Positions 25,482 to 35,875 of a stretch of 64,000 nt of DNA are shown piece after piece (the first letter of the stretch is position 1; every line of letters starts with the position of its first letter). The notes beneath the pieces are model-generated. The model was not told the origin of the DNA, did not search any database, and worked only from the letters and a program-made list of their open reading frames with translations. The stretch lies in contig SVMB01000003.1 of NCBI GenBank assembly GCA_015067675.1, forward strand, positions 7,594 through 71,593, read 5' to 3'. The stretch is from Oscillospiraceae bacterium. Its GTDB lineage: Bacteria > Bacillota > Clostridia > Oscillospirales > QAMX01. The translations under genes and the position numbers were made by a program.

Positions 25482-27230
25482 TCAGCGTCTGAATCTGGGC
25501 AGCGGGATGGCGATGCTTGCATTCTGCCGGGTGTCGGCGGCCTTGATGAAGGCCAGCAGCCCCCATGCGCCGATCATCGACGAGCCGCCGTTGGATACAA
25601 AAGGAAACGTCACGCCGGTCAGCGGCAGCAGATCCACCGAGCCGCAGACATTGAGCAGCGTCTGTACCACCAGCATTGACATCGCGGCGCAGGCAGCAAT
25701 CACATACAGCGTCGAGCGCCCCAGCGACGCAGACTTCACCGCGAACACCGCCAGCACCGCAATTGATGCCACGGCCAGTACCGCGATGATCAGCCCCAGC
25801 TCCTCGCAGAGGATGCCAAAGACCAGATCCGTGTCCGCCGCGCCGATGTTATGAAGCCACCCCTTGCCCGCGCCCATGCCGAAGAGTCCGCCCGACGCGG
25901 CGGCAGACATGGTACGGGTCTGCTGATAGCCTGTGGAGGAGGCGTTTTCCCATGCATGACGCCACGCGCCGAAGCGGCGGGCGATGTAGGGCTTGAACCT
26001 GAGAATCAGCGTACAGGCGTATCCCGCACCGGCGCAGACGAGTACCAGCGAGGTCAGATCGCCCGAGCGCAGGAAAGCAATCACGATAAAGGTGACAAAG
26101 AAGATCAGCGCCGTGCCGAAATCGCTCATCATCGCAAGGCAGAGCATGCACGCGCCGGTGAGGACGACGAACATGATGAGATTGCGCCGGGCCCAGAGTC
26201 TGTCCAGCGTGGCGGTACCGGCGAAAATAAAGCAGATTTTGGCAAGCTCAGAGGGCTGAAAGGACATCCCGCCCACGATGATCCAGTTTTTGGCACCGTA
26301 AAGCTCGGTACCGAATACCAGCGTCGCCAGCAGCAGTCCCACCGCGCCCGCGCCTGCCAGCCATCGCAGTGCATTGGCACGCGCACGGCTGCGCAGAATC
26401 AGGCACAGCACGATGAACACAAAAAGCCCCAGCATCACGCACAGCAGCTGCCGTGGGAGCTCGTCCGGGGCGGAGGTTGCGACCACGCTCATGCCCAGAG
26501 TCGTCAGGAAGAATCCCAGCAGCTCCGGTTCAAAGCCCGTGCGTCCGATGGCACGGATAAAGAAGAAGTAGCACCACATCAAAAGCGTCAGCGCCGCAAA
26601 GCACAGCGGCATCTCAACAATCAGGTGTTCCCGTGCCGCGATCATGTGCTGCATGACAAGCACGATCTGAAACTCAGTCAGCCACAGCAAAATCATCCAC
26701 GGCCGGATGATATAGCCCGGACGGGCACGGCGGCGCACTTCTTCCTTCTGTTCGTCCTCGGTAATCGGCTCAAACACCAGCCCGATCTGACCGATGCGGA
26801 TCAGATCTCCCGCTTTCACCGGTGTTTTTCCCTTTACCGCCGCGCCGTTGACCATGAGGGTCTCCCGATGCGTCACCGGGTACACCGACCATTCACCGTC
26901 ATCGTCCCGGTTAAGGCAGGCATGCGCCCGGCTCACAGAGCCGTCGGCGAGTACCACATCCGAGGATTTAGCGCGGCCGATGAGGTTTTCCCAATGGGAC
27001 AGCGCAAGGCGCGAGCCGTCCTGCATCTGTAGATAGCCCCAGAGTTCCGGTTTATGCCGTTCCCGCAGGAGAGATGCCACGCAGCCGCCCACGGTGAGCA
27101 GGGCAAGGATGACAAGAATCCAGCGGATATAAAGGGTGATGTAATACTCGGCGTTGGGGAAGCGATCCAGCAGCGCCGCGATACGGGCGCCGATTGCCGC
27201 GCCCGAGGGGATATTTTGCCACAAGTTCAT
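25482..27230 (-). CDS. FHA domain-FtsW/RodA/SpoVE (SEDS) fusion protein
   Basis: FHA LIGRAKSSDVVL...SRAHA; SEDS GAKNWI, FQPSELAK, DFGTA, GLFGMG, TDLVF..LCEELG, LTGVTFPFVSNGGSS. Confidence 0.9.
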   Translation of the reverse strand: MNLWQNIPSGAAIGARIAALLDRFPNAEYYITLYIRWILVILALLTVGGCVASLLRERHKPELWGYLQMQDGSRLALSHWENLIGRAKSSDVVLADGSVSRAHACLNRDDDGEWSVYPVTHRETLMVNGAAVKGKTPVKAGDLIRIGQIGLVFEPITEDEQKEEVRRRARPGYIIRPWMILLWLTEFQIVLVMQHMIAAREHLIVEMPLCFAALTLLMWCYFFFIRAIGRTGFEPELLGFFLTTLGMSVVATSAPDELPRQLLCVMLGLFVFIVLCLILRSRARANALRWLAGAGAVGLLLATLVFGTELYGAKNWIIVGGMSFQPSELAKICFIFAGTATLDRLWARRNLIMFVVLTGACMLCLAMMSDFGTALIFFVTFIVIAFLRSGDLTSLVLVCAGAGYACTLILRFKPYIARRFGAWRHAWENASSTGYQQTRTMSAAASGGLFGMGAGKGWLHNIGAADTDLVFGILCEELGLIIAVLAVASIAVLAVFAVKSASLGRSTLYVIAACAAMSMLVVQTLLNVCGSVDLLPLTGVTFPFVSNGGSSMIGAWGLLAFIKAADTRQNASIAIPLPRFRR

Positions 27231-27304
27231 AGATTTACTCCATCTTTGGGGGATATGTGGGATTGAGGGGGGATTCTTTCGGTTTCCGGAAGCTTGTTCG
27301 CCTG

Positions 27305-27499
27305 CGGCGGCTTCCCATAGCACCGTGCTGTATGTAACTGTGCACCTTCGTGCGCCTCGTGAACGCAAAAGCGTTCACGGAGGATGTCATTGTGTTCTTG
27401 ACACACGCCCTGCGCCGTCCGCACAGGACATGGCCTATGGATCCTCGTTCATATGATAGGCTCAAGCCGCCGAGGCTTTTCAGTTACAGAAAGCGAGCT
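27305..27499. repeat. Second copy of the mosaic structured repeat
   Basis: 27318-27350 matches 23346-23378 (direct, 32/33); 27450-27478 matches 23414-23442 (inverted, 28/29). Confidence 0.8.
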
Positions 27500-28904
27500 A
27501 TGGATTGTCATCATCCACAGGAAAACTGATCTCCTTCTTCCGCCTCGCCTGCCGGCGTCGGCGAATGTTCACGCTGCGAATCAACGATACACCTGCAATG
27601 AATATAATTAACGCAAACGTTATCACCAGCACAATCAGCGCACCGATGTTCAGTCCACCCCGGGCAGGTTTTGGCTCTTCCTGCTCCGGGGATTCTTCCT
27701 CCACGGAAGGATCGGGAAGCTCGCCTTCCCGGTGAATCACCAAAGCCTTTCCCTCATGGTCAATGAGGCTGTAAACCCCATCCGCCGCTACGGCCGCATA
27801 GCCGTCGGAAAAGTCCGCGGCGTAGTCGTAGATATGCGCCAGCGCGGTATTGCCTGACTCGTCGATGTAACCCCACTTCTCTCCGTCAAATACGGCGGCA
27901 TAGCCGTCGGAGAAGTGCCGCGCCTGCTCGTATTTTGCCTTCGTGACGCGCTCTCCAAGGCGGTTGACATAACCGTACCCCTCCACCTCAATGCCGAACT
28001 CGTCAAACTCGGCGTACAGCGCGCATTCGCCCTCGTAGGGCCAGAGATAGTCAAACGCAGGCTCGATTACCACCGCACCCGAGAGATCTGCAACTCCCCA
28101 GAGGCCTTCCATGCTGATGCGAACCAGTCCGTCCTGCGGCGCCTCCGCATCCGAAAACGTGCAGGGAATCGCAACGGCTCCCGTCAGGTCCACAAAGCCC
28201 CACAGGCCATCCTGCATCGTCAGGGCAAGGCCGTCGGAAAGCCCGGAATACACGTTTTCCGCCAACACCACGCTGCGGTAGTCGATGAGCATGCCCTTAC
28301 CGGCCTGTTCCACGTAAGCGGCGTTTTCGGCAAAGCTTTCGGCGTAATCATAGGTAAAGTCGATCACCGTGCGGCCTTCGGAATTGATGAAGCCGTATTT
28401 TCCGTCCTTTGACGCACAGAGAAGCTCCGAGCTTGGTAGCTCGAGCGTGTCGTAGGCAGGCTCAATCACCACCTGACCCGTCCGGTCAATCGCGCCCCAT
28501 AGCTTTCCCTGCCGCACCAGGATCATCTCATCATCGGCGGGGACTGCCTCATCCCATACACTCACGTCCAGCACCTGGTTTCCCTGCCGGTCGATGAGAA
28601 TCCGGCGGCCACCGGTCTCCACCTCAGCCAGATCCTCCCGGAAGGGGCCCGCAGCATCATAGGAAGGTTCGATCACCAGCAGTCCTGAGGTATCGATATA
28701 GCCCCAGAGACCGTCAAGCTTCACCGGACACAGTCCCTCTGAGAAAACCACCTGTTCTTCTGCGTCCAGCGGCAGGTACCGACCGCCGTCCGGCCTGCAG
28801 TTTCCGACAGCTTCCAGTTCAGTGGTGGGCGCGGCCATCGCGCAGACCGCCAGCAGCATCCATACAAAAATCGCCGGAATCGTCCGGCGTGCAAAACCAA
28901 TCAC
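27498..28904 (-). CDS. WG-repeat (KWG) surface protein with C-terminal membrane anchor
   Basis: Repeated WGYID..G..VIEP.YD.A..FSDG; signal peptide; C-terminal TM plus Arg-rich tail. Confidence 0.9.
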   Translation of the reverse strand: MIGFARRTIPAIFVWMLLAVCAMAAPTTELEAVGNCRPDGGRYLPLDAEEQVVFSEGLCPVKLDGLWGYIDTSGLLVIEPSYDAAGPFREDLAEVETGGRRILIDRQGNQVLDVSVWDEAVPADDEMILVRQGKLWGAIDRTGQVVIEPAYDTLELPSSELLCASKDGKYGFINSEGRTVIDFTYDYAESFAENAAYVEQAGKGMLIDYRSVVLAENVYSGLSDGLALTMQDGLWGFVDLTGAVAIPCTFSDAEAPQDGLVRISMEGLWGVADLSGAVVIEPAFDYLWPYEGECALYAEFDEFGIEVEGYGYVNRLGERVTKAKYEQARHFSDGYAAVFDGEKWGYIDESGNTALAHIYDYAADFSDGYAAVAADGVYSLIDHEGKALVIHREGELPDPSVEEESPEQEEPKPARGGLNIGALIVLVITFALIIFIAGVSLIRSVNIRRRRQARRKKEISFPVDDDNP

Positions 28905-29114
28905 AGCCTGTCTCCTTTCCCGGGATGCTCCTGCTTTTTGTCTGACAGCGTGCATCCCACCTCCATTGTACCCCGACCTTATCTTCTTTGTCAAGAAAAG
29001 TGGGCGCGGGGATTCCGGGTTTTGGAACAATCGTGCTTGTTTTTTTCGCCGATTCCCGTTATACTGTCACTAAACGACCCGAACAATTTTCTCAAGTCAC
29101 GGAGGGCCATATTT

Positions 29115-30038
29115 ATGCCGATTAAAATCCCGGAGCTGCTTCCCGCCTATTCGGTACTGGAAAGCGAGAACATCTTCGTTATGTCTGACCGCCGCGCGGC
29201 GTCTCAGGACATCCGCCCCCTGCGCATTCTGATCCTGAACCTGATGCCCACGAAGATCGTCACCGAGACCCAGCTTCTGCGCAGACTGTCCAACACCCCT
29301 CTGCAGATCGAGGTTGATCTGCTCCAGACCCAGAGCTACCGCGGCAAAAACACCTCTGCCGATCATCTGGACACCTTCTACAAGACCTTCCCCGAGGTTG
29401 CGTCCAAGCGTTACGACGGCATGATCATCACCGGCGCGCCGGTGGAGGACATGGAGTTTGAGGACGTCAAATACTGGGAAGAGCTGTGCACGATCATGGC
29501 CTGGACCCGCACCCACGTATACTCGGTCATGCACATCTGCTGGGCATCGCAGGCCGCGCTCTACTTCCACTACGGCGTGCCGAAGTATCCGATCCCGGAG
29601 AAGATGTTCGGTATCTTCCGTCACCGCGTGCTCGAGCCCAACGAGCCCTTATTCCGCGGTTTCAACGACACCTTCAACGCGCCCCATTCCCGTCACACTG
29701 AAATCAGACGCGAGGACATCGAGAAGGTTCCGGATCTGCGGATACTTTCCGAGTCTGACGAAGCGGGCATCTACATCGTAGCCGATCAGGCAGGCCGCCG
29801 CATCTTTGTCACGGGTCATTCCGAGTACGACGCAGACACTCTGGCGAAGGAATACTTCCGCGATGTGGACAAGGGTTTGCCCATTGCGATTCCGAAGAAC
29901 TACTTCCCCGGTGACGATCCCACCCGTGCCCCCGAGGTCACATGGCGCGCCCACGGCACGTTATTATTCACCAACTGGCTCAACTACTACGTCTATCAGG
30001 GCACTCCCTACGATCTTGAGCAGCTGGATCAGATGTAA
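29115..30038 (+). CDS. metA: MetA-family homoserine O-acyltransferase (probably acetyl-specific)
   Basis: [28 protein letters not shown] (Glu typical of acetyl-CoA users), [21 protein letters not shown]. Confidence 0.96.
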   Translation: MPIKIPELLPAYSVLESENIFVMSDRRAASQDIRPLRILILNLMPTKIVTETQLLRRLSNTPLQIEVDLLQTQSYRGKNTSADHLDTFYKTFPEVASKRYDGMIITGAPVEDMEFEDVKYWEELCTIMAWTRTHVYSVMHICWASQAALYFHYGVPKYPIPEKMFGIFRHRVLEPNEPLFRGFNDTFNAPHSRHTEIRREDIEKVPDLRILSESDEAGIYIVADQAGRRIFVTGHSEYDADTLAKEYFRDVDKGLPIAIPKNYFPGDDPTRAPEVTWRAHGTLLFTNWLNYYVYQGTPYDLEQLDQM

Positions 30039-30065
30039 CCCGGCGGGGTTTTGGTATATTCACGT

Positions 30066-30099
30066 ACAGGAGACTGCTTTCGCAGTCTCCTGTTATTTT
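30066..30099 (+). terminator. Intrinsic terminator of metA
   Basis: ACAGGAGACTGC-TTTC-GCAGTCTCCTGT-TATTTT. Confidence 0.8.
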
Positions 30100-30148
30100 A
30101 TGTCGGCGGACTTACCCCCACCAGCGGAATGAAGTCCGATCTTTGTAA

Positions 30149-30177
30149 TTGACATTCCCTCCCGCCTGCGGTATCAT
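30149..30177 (+). promoter_or_regulatory. sigmaA promoter of the sugar-acid operon
   Basis: TTGACA-N17-TATCAT. Confidence 0.7.
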
Positions 30178-30224
30178 TATTTTGTATGGTTGCCCACATC
30201 TTCCCCCTTTGGAGGTTACTGCAT

Positions 30225-31169
30225 ATGCCTGAACTCATCACCATCGGTGAAACCATGGCCGTGATGGCTCCCCGGGAGTCCGGCCCCCTTCGCTACGTCT
30301 CCGATTATCGCCTGCGTATGGCGGGCGCCGAATCTAACCTCGCCATCGGCATGGCCAAGCTCGGCCACTCCGCCGGGTGGATCAGCCGCCTTGGAAACGA
30401 CGAAATGGGCGAGTTCGTCCTGAACGCCGTGCGCGCCGAGGGCGTTGACTGTTCCTGTGTCCGCCGCGATCCCGATCACCGCACCGGTCTCATGCTCAAG
30501 GAGCTTTCCGCCGGTGAAACCCGGGTCTACTACTACCGCGAAAACTCCGCAGCCTCCCACCTCTCCCCCGCCGACCTCTCCGAGGCAGCCTTCCGCTCCG
30601 CAAAGCTCCTCCATCTCACCGGCATCACCCCCGTGCTCTCCGACTCCTGCGAGAAAACCGTGCTCGCCGCTGCAGAGCTTGCCCGCCGCCTGGGCGTTCC
30701 CATGAGCTTTGACCCCAATATCCGCCGTAAGCTCTGGAAAAACCGGGACTATACCCCTCTGCTGCGCGCACTGCTGCTTTCCAGCCAGATCGCCCTGTTG
30801 GGTATCGACGAGGCAGAGGCGCTGCTGGGTACTTCCAGCGTCGAGGTCATCGTGACCACGCTCCTGCGCGCCGGTGTCGTCTACGCTGCCGTCAAGGATG
30901 GTGCAAAGGGCGCATACGTGGCAAACCGGGAACGCATCGTACGCATTCCGCCGTTTCCCTGCAAGGTCGTGGATCCCGTAGGCGCGGGTGACGCCTTCAA
31001 TGCAGGCTTCCTCTCGGGCATCCTCGAAGGCCGCGACCTGGAAACCTGCGGCCGCATGGGTGGCATCGCAGGTGCTATGGCGACCCAGAATACCGGCGAC
31101 ATCGAAGGTATCCCCAGCCGTGCCCAGCTGGACGAAAAGCTTGCCGGATCCAAAGAAATCTATCGTTAA
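30225..31169 (+). CDS. PfkB sugar kinase, 2-keto-3-deoxy-sugar-acid (KdgK-like)
   Basis: GAESNLAIGMAKLG, FDPNIR..LW, DPVGAGDAF. Confidence 0.88.
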   Translation: MPELITIGETMAVMAPRESGPLRYVSDYRLRMAGAESNLAIGMAKLGHSAGWISRLGNDEMGEFVLNAVRAEGVDCSCVRRDPDHRTGLMLKELSAGETRVYYYRENSAASHLSPADLSEAAFRSAKLLHLTGITPVLSDSCEKTVLAAAELARRLGVPMSFDPNIRRKLWKNRDYTPLLRALLLSSQIALLGIDEAEALLGTSSVEVIVTTLLRAGVVYAAVKDGAKGAYVANRERIVRIPPFPCKVVDPVGAGDAFNAGFLSGILEGRDLETCGRMGGIAGAMATQNTGDIEGIPSRAQLDEKLAGSKEIYR

Positions 31170-31182
31170 AGGACGAATGACC

Positions 31183-31812
31183 ATGGATATCAGAGCCGTT
31201 GTACGCGAAAATCCCCTGCTTGCCATCCTGCGAAACGTACCCCTTGACATCACCATCGACTATGCCGAGGCAATTTACGCCGGCGGCGTGGCGTTTTTCG
31301 AAGTCGCGCTCAATTCCGATCATGCACTAGAACAGATTGCCATGCTGCGTGACCATTTCGGCGACCGTGCATGGGTGGGCGCGGGCACCGCGATCACCGT
31401 GGAGCGTGCCGAGGCGGCGATTCTCGCCGGTGCGCAGTTCCTGCTTGCCCCCTCCACCGATCCGGAGGTGCTCGCCTGGTGCCGCGACCACGGCGTTGCC
31501 ATCATGCCCGGCTGCCTCACCCCCTCCGACGTCACCTGCTGCCTGCGCTACGGCTTTGACACCATCAAGCTCTTCCCCGCAGGCGACATGCCCAAAGGCT
31601 ACATCAAAAGCCTCAAAGGCCCTCTTGACAACACCGAATACGTCGCCATCGGCGGCGTCAGCCCGGAAAATCTCACCGATTTCTTCCGTCAGGGCTACAT
31701 CGGCGTGGGTCTGGGCTCCAGCATCCTGCCAAAGGACGCTGTGGCTGCCCGGGACTGGGAGGCCTGCAGCAAGTACGTCGCCGGGATGATGGAAAAGATC
31801 AGAAATCTGTAA
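31183..31812 (+). CDS. KDPG/KDPGal aldolase (Eda/DgoA family)
   Basis: AILR, FEV, VGAGT, PGCLTPSD, KLFPAG, AIGGV. Confidence 0.9.
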   Translation: MDIRAVVRENPLLAILRNVPLDITIDYAEAIYAGGVAFFEVALNSDHALEQIAMLRDHFGDRAWVGAGTAITVERAEAAILAGAQFLLAPSTDPEVLAWCRDHGVAIMPGCLTPSDVTCCLRYGFDTIKLFPAGDMPKGYIKSLKGPLDNTEYVAIGGVSPENLTDFFRQGYIGVGLGSSILPKDAVAARDWEACSKYVAGMMEKIRNL

Positions 31813-31869
31813 GCAGCCGTCCCGAATACCTATATTTTCCCCTATTACAGCAGAAAGGTCGTAACGATT

Positions 31870-33018
<1,149 letters not shown>

Positions 33019-33115
33019 ATCCCAAAAGCCTTTTAGCGTAGACGCACATACGATCCCATAGGCAGCTGCCTATCAGCTGCCCGCAACGTATGAAATCCCC
33101 CCACGGAGGTCCCGA

Positions 33116-33838
33116 ATGCTAACCTACCTTCTTTATTCCCTGACCGTCTTCGGCGGTACCGTCGTGCAGACCGTCTCGGGCTTCGGCTTCGCCATCTTCG
33201 TGCTGACGTTCTTCCCCTACTTCATGCCGTCCACGGCGGAGAGCGTAGCCACCTCGGCGATGCTTTCGCTGACCACGGCGGCCTATAACGCATGGCTGTA
33301 TCGGGACAGCATTCGCTGGAAGATCCTCGTGCCGCCGCTGGTGTCATATCTGATCTGCTCTACGGTGATGATCTGGCTCTCCGCCGGACAGCCGGATGCA
33401 CTGCTCAAAAAACTGGTGGCCTGCGCACTGATTGTGCTGAGCATCTACTTCATCTTCTTCTCAAAGCGCGTGCGTATCCGGGCAAATCCCCTGACAGGTA
33501 CGGTCTGCGGCACCCTCTCCGGTGTGCTCGGAGGTCTCTTTGGCATGAGCGGCCCGCCGATGGTGGTCTACCTGCTGGAAGCTACAGAATCAAACGATGC
33601 CTATTTCGGTACCATCCAGTGCTTCTTTGCCCTGACCAACATCGTCAACACCGCCATGCGGGCAGCAGCCGGTACCGTGACCACGGCTGTTCTTGTGTAC
33701 GTGGTGGTGGGCATTGTGTTTGCCTTTGCCGGACGCTGGCTGGGCGCAAAGCTCTTCACCCGGCTGGAGCCAGAACCCCTCAAGCGCTGCGTGTACGGCT
33801 TTATGGCCGTTTCCGGCGTGACGATGCTGCTGGCGTAA
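33116..33838 (+). CDS. TauE/SafE (TSUP) family membrane protein
   Basis: SGFGFAI and GGLFGMSGPP repeats, about 8 TM. Confidence 0.85.
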   Translation: MLTYLLYSLTVFGGTVVQTVSGFGFAIFVLTFFPYFMPSTAESVATSAMLSLTTAAYNAWLYRDSIRWKILVPPLVSYLICSTVMIWLSAGQPDALLKKLVACALIVLSIYFIFFSKRVRIRANPLTGTVCGTLSGVLGGLFGMSGPPMVVYLLEATESNDAYFGTIQCFFALTNIVNTAMRAAAGTVTTAVLVYVVVGIVFAFAGRWLGAKLFTRLEPEPLKRCVYGFMAVSGVTMLLA

Positions 33839-33840
33839 CA

Positions 33841-33886
33841 AAAAACGCAATGGAACCCCGTTTCGGGTAAGTCCATTGCGTTTTTT
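33841..33886. terminator. Bidirectional terminator
   Basis: AAAAACGCAATGGA...TCCATTGCGTTTTTT. Confidence 0.8.
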
Positions 33887-33920
33887 CCTTGAAAGGTATG
33901 GGTTTGAGGCAATTGGATGC

Positions 33921-35276
33921 TTACTTCAGCTCATCCATCACCGCGCCGAAGCCCCTGCGGTAAATTTCATCCACACCGGGAGCGATTCTGCCCTTCAGAC
34001 GGTACTCCGTCACCGAACCGTCGGCCTCGTAGCCGCCCTCGCCGATCACCTTGTCGCTGGGAATGTAGGCGATGGCGTCGTTGTAGCCAAAGGTCAGCAG
34101 CGTCCTGTCCGGGAACGCCTCGCAGAGCACCGTACGGATGTTGATCACCGGCTCGCCGCCCATGGAGAGGATGAAAAAGCCGGGGTTGATCTTCACCACG
34201 CCGCAGTTGAGTTCCAGCACCTCCGGCAGCTCGTCGTAATGATCCAGTACATAGTCGGCGCAGGACCACAGAAGCTTTGAGCCGTTGCCGGGCATATCCT
34301 CCGCGGGATTGATCTCGCGGACGTACCTGGCGCCGGGCTGTTTTGAGTAATACGTGCTGCGCTCCACGTAAAACTCCCGGGGATTGATTTCCAGCGGCAG
34401 GGTAAGCCGGAACACCCGGCTGCCAAGCTGTACCGGCAGCGTCTCCCACCGTCCGTTTATCAGTTTGTCCTGAATCCGTCCGAGCATGGCGGAGGCCACT
34501 TCGTCGCACTCATCAAAGCTGATCTGCCGGAAAAGCGAGGTCTTCATGCCCTTGCGCAGCTTGGCATCCGCGCCGAACCCCTGGAAGAACAGCGCCGTAC
34601 AGCCGTAGAACGCGCCTTCGATTTTCTGGCACAGGCGGCCCGCGTACTCCGAGGAAATGATGTTGTATACATGGTCAAGATTCGACGGATGACAGGCGAA
34701 GTTTGCCGCCAGCGCACGCATGCGTCCTTCCTCATCTTCGAGCTTGAGGAGGTAGAGATTCTTGTCCACCTCTCCCTCGGGATTAGCACGAAACTGCATC
34801 ACACCGTCCACCATCAGCCGACGGCTGCAGTTCCACTCGCCGCCGATGACGGCGTATTTGAGCGTACCCCGTCGGGTAGTCAGGAATGCGCGGTCGATAC
34901 AGGCACAGATACGGTCAAAGAGAAACGCCTCGTAGGAGTCGGCAGTCCAGTTGAAGTCATACCCCTTCACAGCGGGGCCGAAATGGGTATGCGTATAGGA
35001 GACGTGGAGATTGTCAGGCTTGACGCCGTGGGTCTTTTCGGCATACGCCCGCAGAGCGATGGGCAGGCTGTCGTCGTGGAAGAGCAGATCCATGGCGATG
35101 AGCAGCACGGTCTCGCCGTCGTCGTCCTGCAGCAACAGGGTTCTGACATAGAGATCATCGTGGATATCGGTGAAGGGTACGCCGAAAGCCGCACCAAAGC
35201 CGATCATCATCGTTCTCTCGCGGGGCGTGATGAGTTCCTTGGCTGCGCCGAAGGTCAGCTGCTGATATTTTTCCAT
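33921..35276 (-). CDS. Neutral/alkaline ceramidase N-terminal-domain-like metallohydrolase
   Basis: HDDLYVR, THTHFGP, NFACHP, FFQGFGAD, YIP....GEGGYE. Confidence 0.75.
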   Translation of the reverse strand: MEKYQQLTFGAAKELITPRERTMMIGFGAAFGVPFTDIHDDLYVRTLLLQDDDGETVLLIAMDLLFHDDSLPIALRAYAEKTHGVKPDNLHVSYTHTHFGPAVKGYDFNWTADSYEAFLFDRICACIDRAFLTTRRGTLKYAVIGGEWNCSRRLMVDGVMQFRANPEGEVDKNLYLLKLEDEEGRMRALAANFACHPSNLDHVYNIISSEYAGRLCQKIEGAFYGCTALFFQGFGADAKLRKGMKTSLFRQISFDECDEVASAMLGRIQDKLINGRWETLPVQLGSRVFRLTLPLEINPREFYVERSTYYSKQPGARYVREINPAEDMPGNGSKLLWSCADYVLDHYDELPEVLELNCGVVKINPGFFILSMGGEPVINIRTVLCEAFPDRTLLTFGYNDAIAYIPSDKVIGEGGYEADGSVTEYRLKGRIAPGVDEIYRRGFGAVMDELK

Positions 35277-35349
35277 GATATCGTCTCCTTTCAGGTGATT
35301 GATTTCATCATAGCACAGATGATAAGCGTATGCAACGCAGATTTCGCAA

Positions 35350-35378
35350 TTGCAATATTTCCGCGCGTATTGTATAAT
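35350..35378 (+). promoter_or_regulatory. sigmaA promoter
   Basis: TTGCAA-N17-TATAAT upstream of 35424. Confidence 0.7.
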
Positions 35379-35423
35379 AAATCCATCCATGACACAGACA
35401 TCCGTACCTGAGGGAGGTAAAAT

Positions 35424-35816
35424 ATGAAAAGCATCAAACCCGGACGCGGCCCCTCGATGATGGGCGGCGTGATGAACATCGCCGCGGTGATTTTCGGCAT
35501 TTTCTGGACAATTACGGCATCCAGTATGGGAGCCGGGGTATTCTCGCTCTTTGGTCTGGTTTTCATTGCCATCGGCATCGTACAGGCCGTCTACAACTTC
35601 AAAAATGCCACCGGTGAGCAGCGTTACTCCGCCTACGACATCGTGGAAAGCCATGAGGAGCCCGATCCGCTGAATGAACGCTTCGGTGAAGCGCAGTCTG
35701 AGCCGTCACCGGACAGCGCCAAACGCGGCGAGTCAAGATACTGTCCCTACTGCGGTGCGGCGGCGGCGTCCGATCATGTATACTGTTCCAGATGCGGCAA
35801 AAAGCTTCCCCAATAG
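35424..35816 (+). CDS. Two-TM protein with C-terminal zinc ribbon
   Basis: GGAGG RBS; 2 TM; CPYCG...CSRCG. Confidence 0.85.
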   Translation: MKSIKPGRGPSMMGGVMNIAAVIFGIFWTITASSMGAGVFSLFGLVFIAIGIVQAVYNFKNATGEQRYSAYDIVESHEEPDPLNERFGEAQSEPSPDSAKRGESRYCPYCGAAAASDHVYCSRCGKKLPQ

Positions 35817-35875
35817 TCATATATTGCATCTATCCGCTCATCATTACGGTCATTTTTCAAATATGAGGTGTTTTT

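Noticed and set aside
29040-29114. SAM riboswitch or T-box upstream of metA; TPP riboswitch upstream of thiN
   Set aside because: Leaders are too short and lack the conserved motifs
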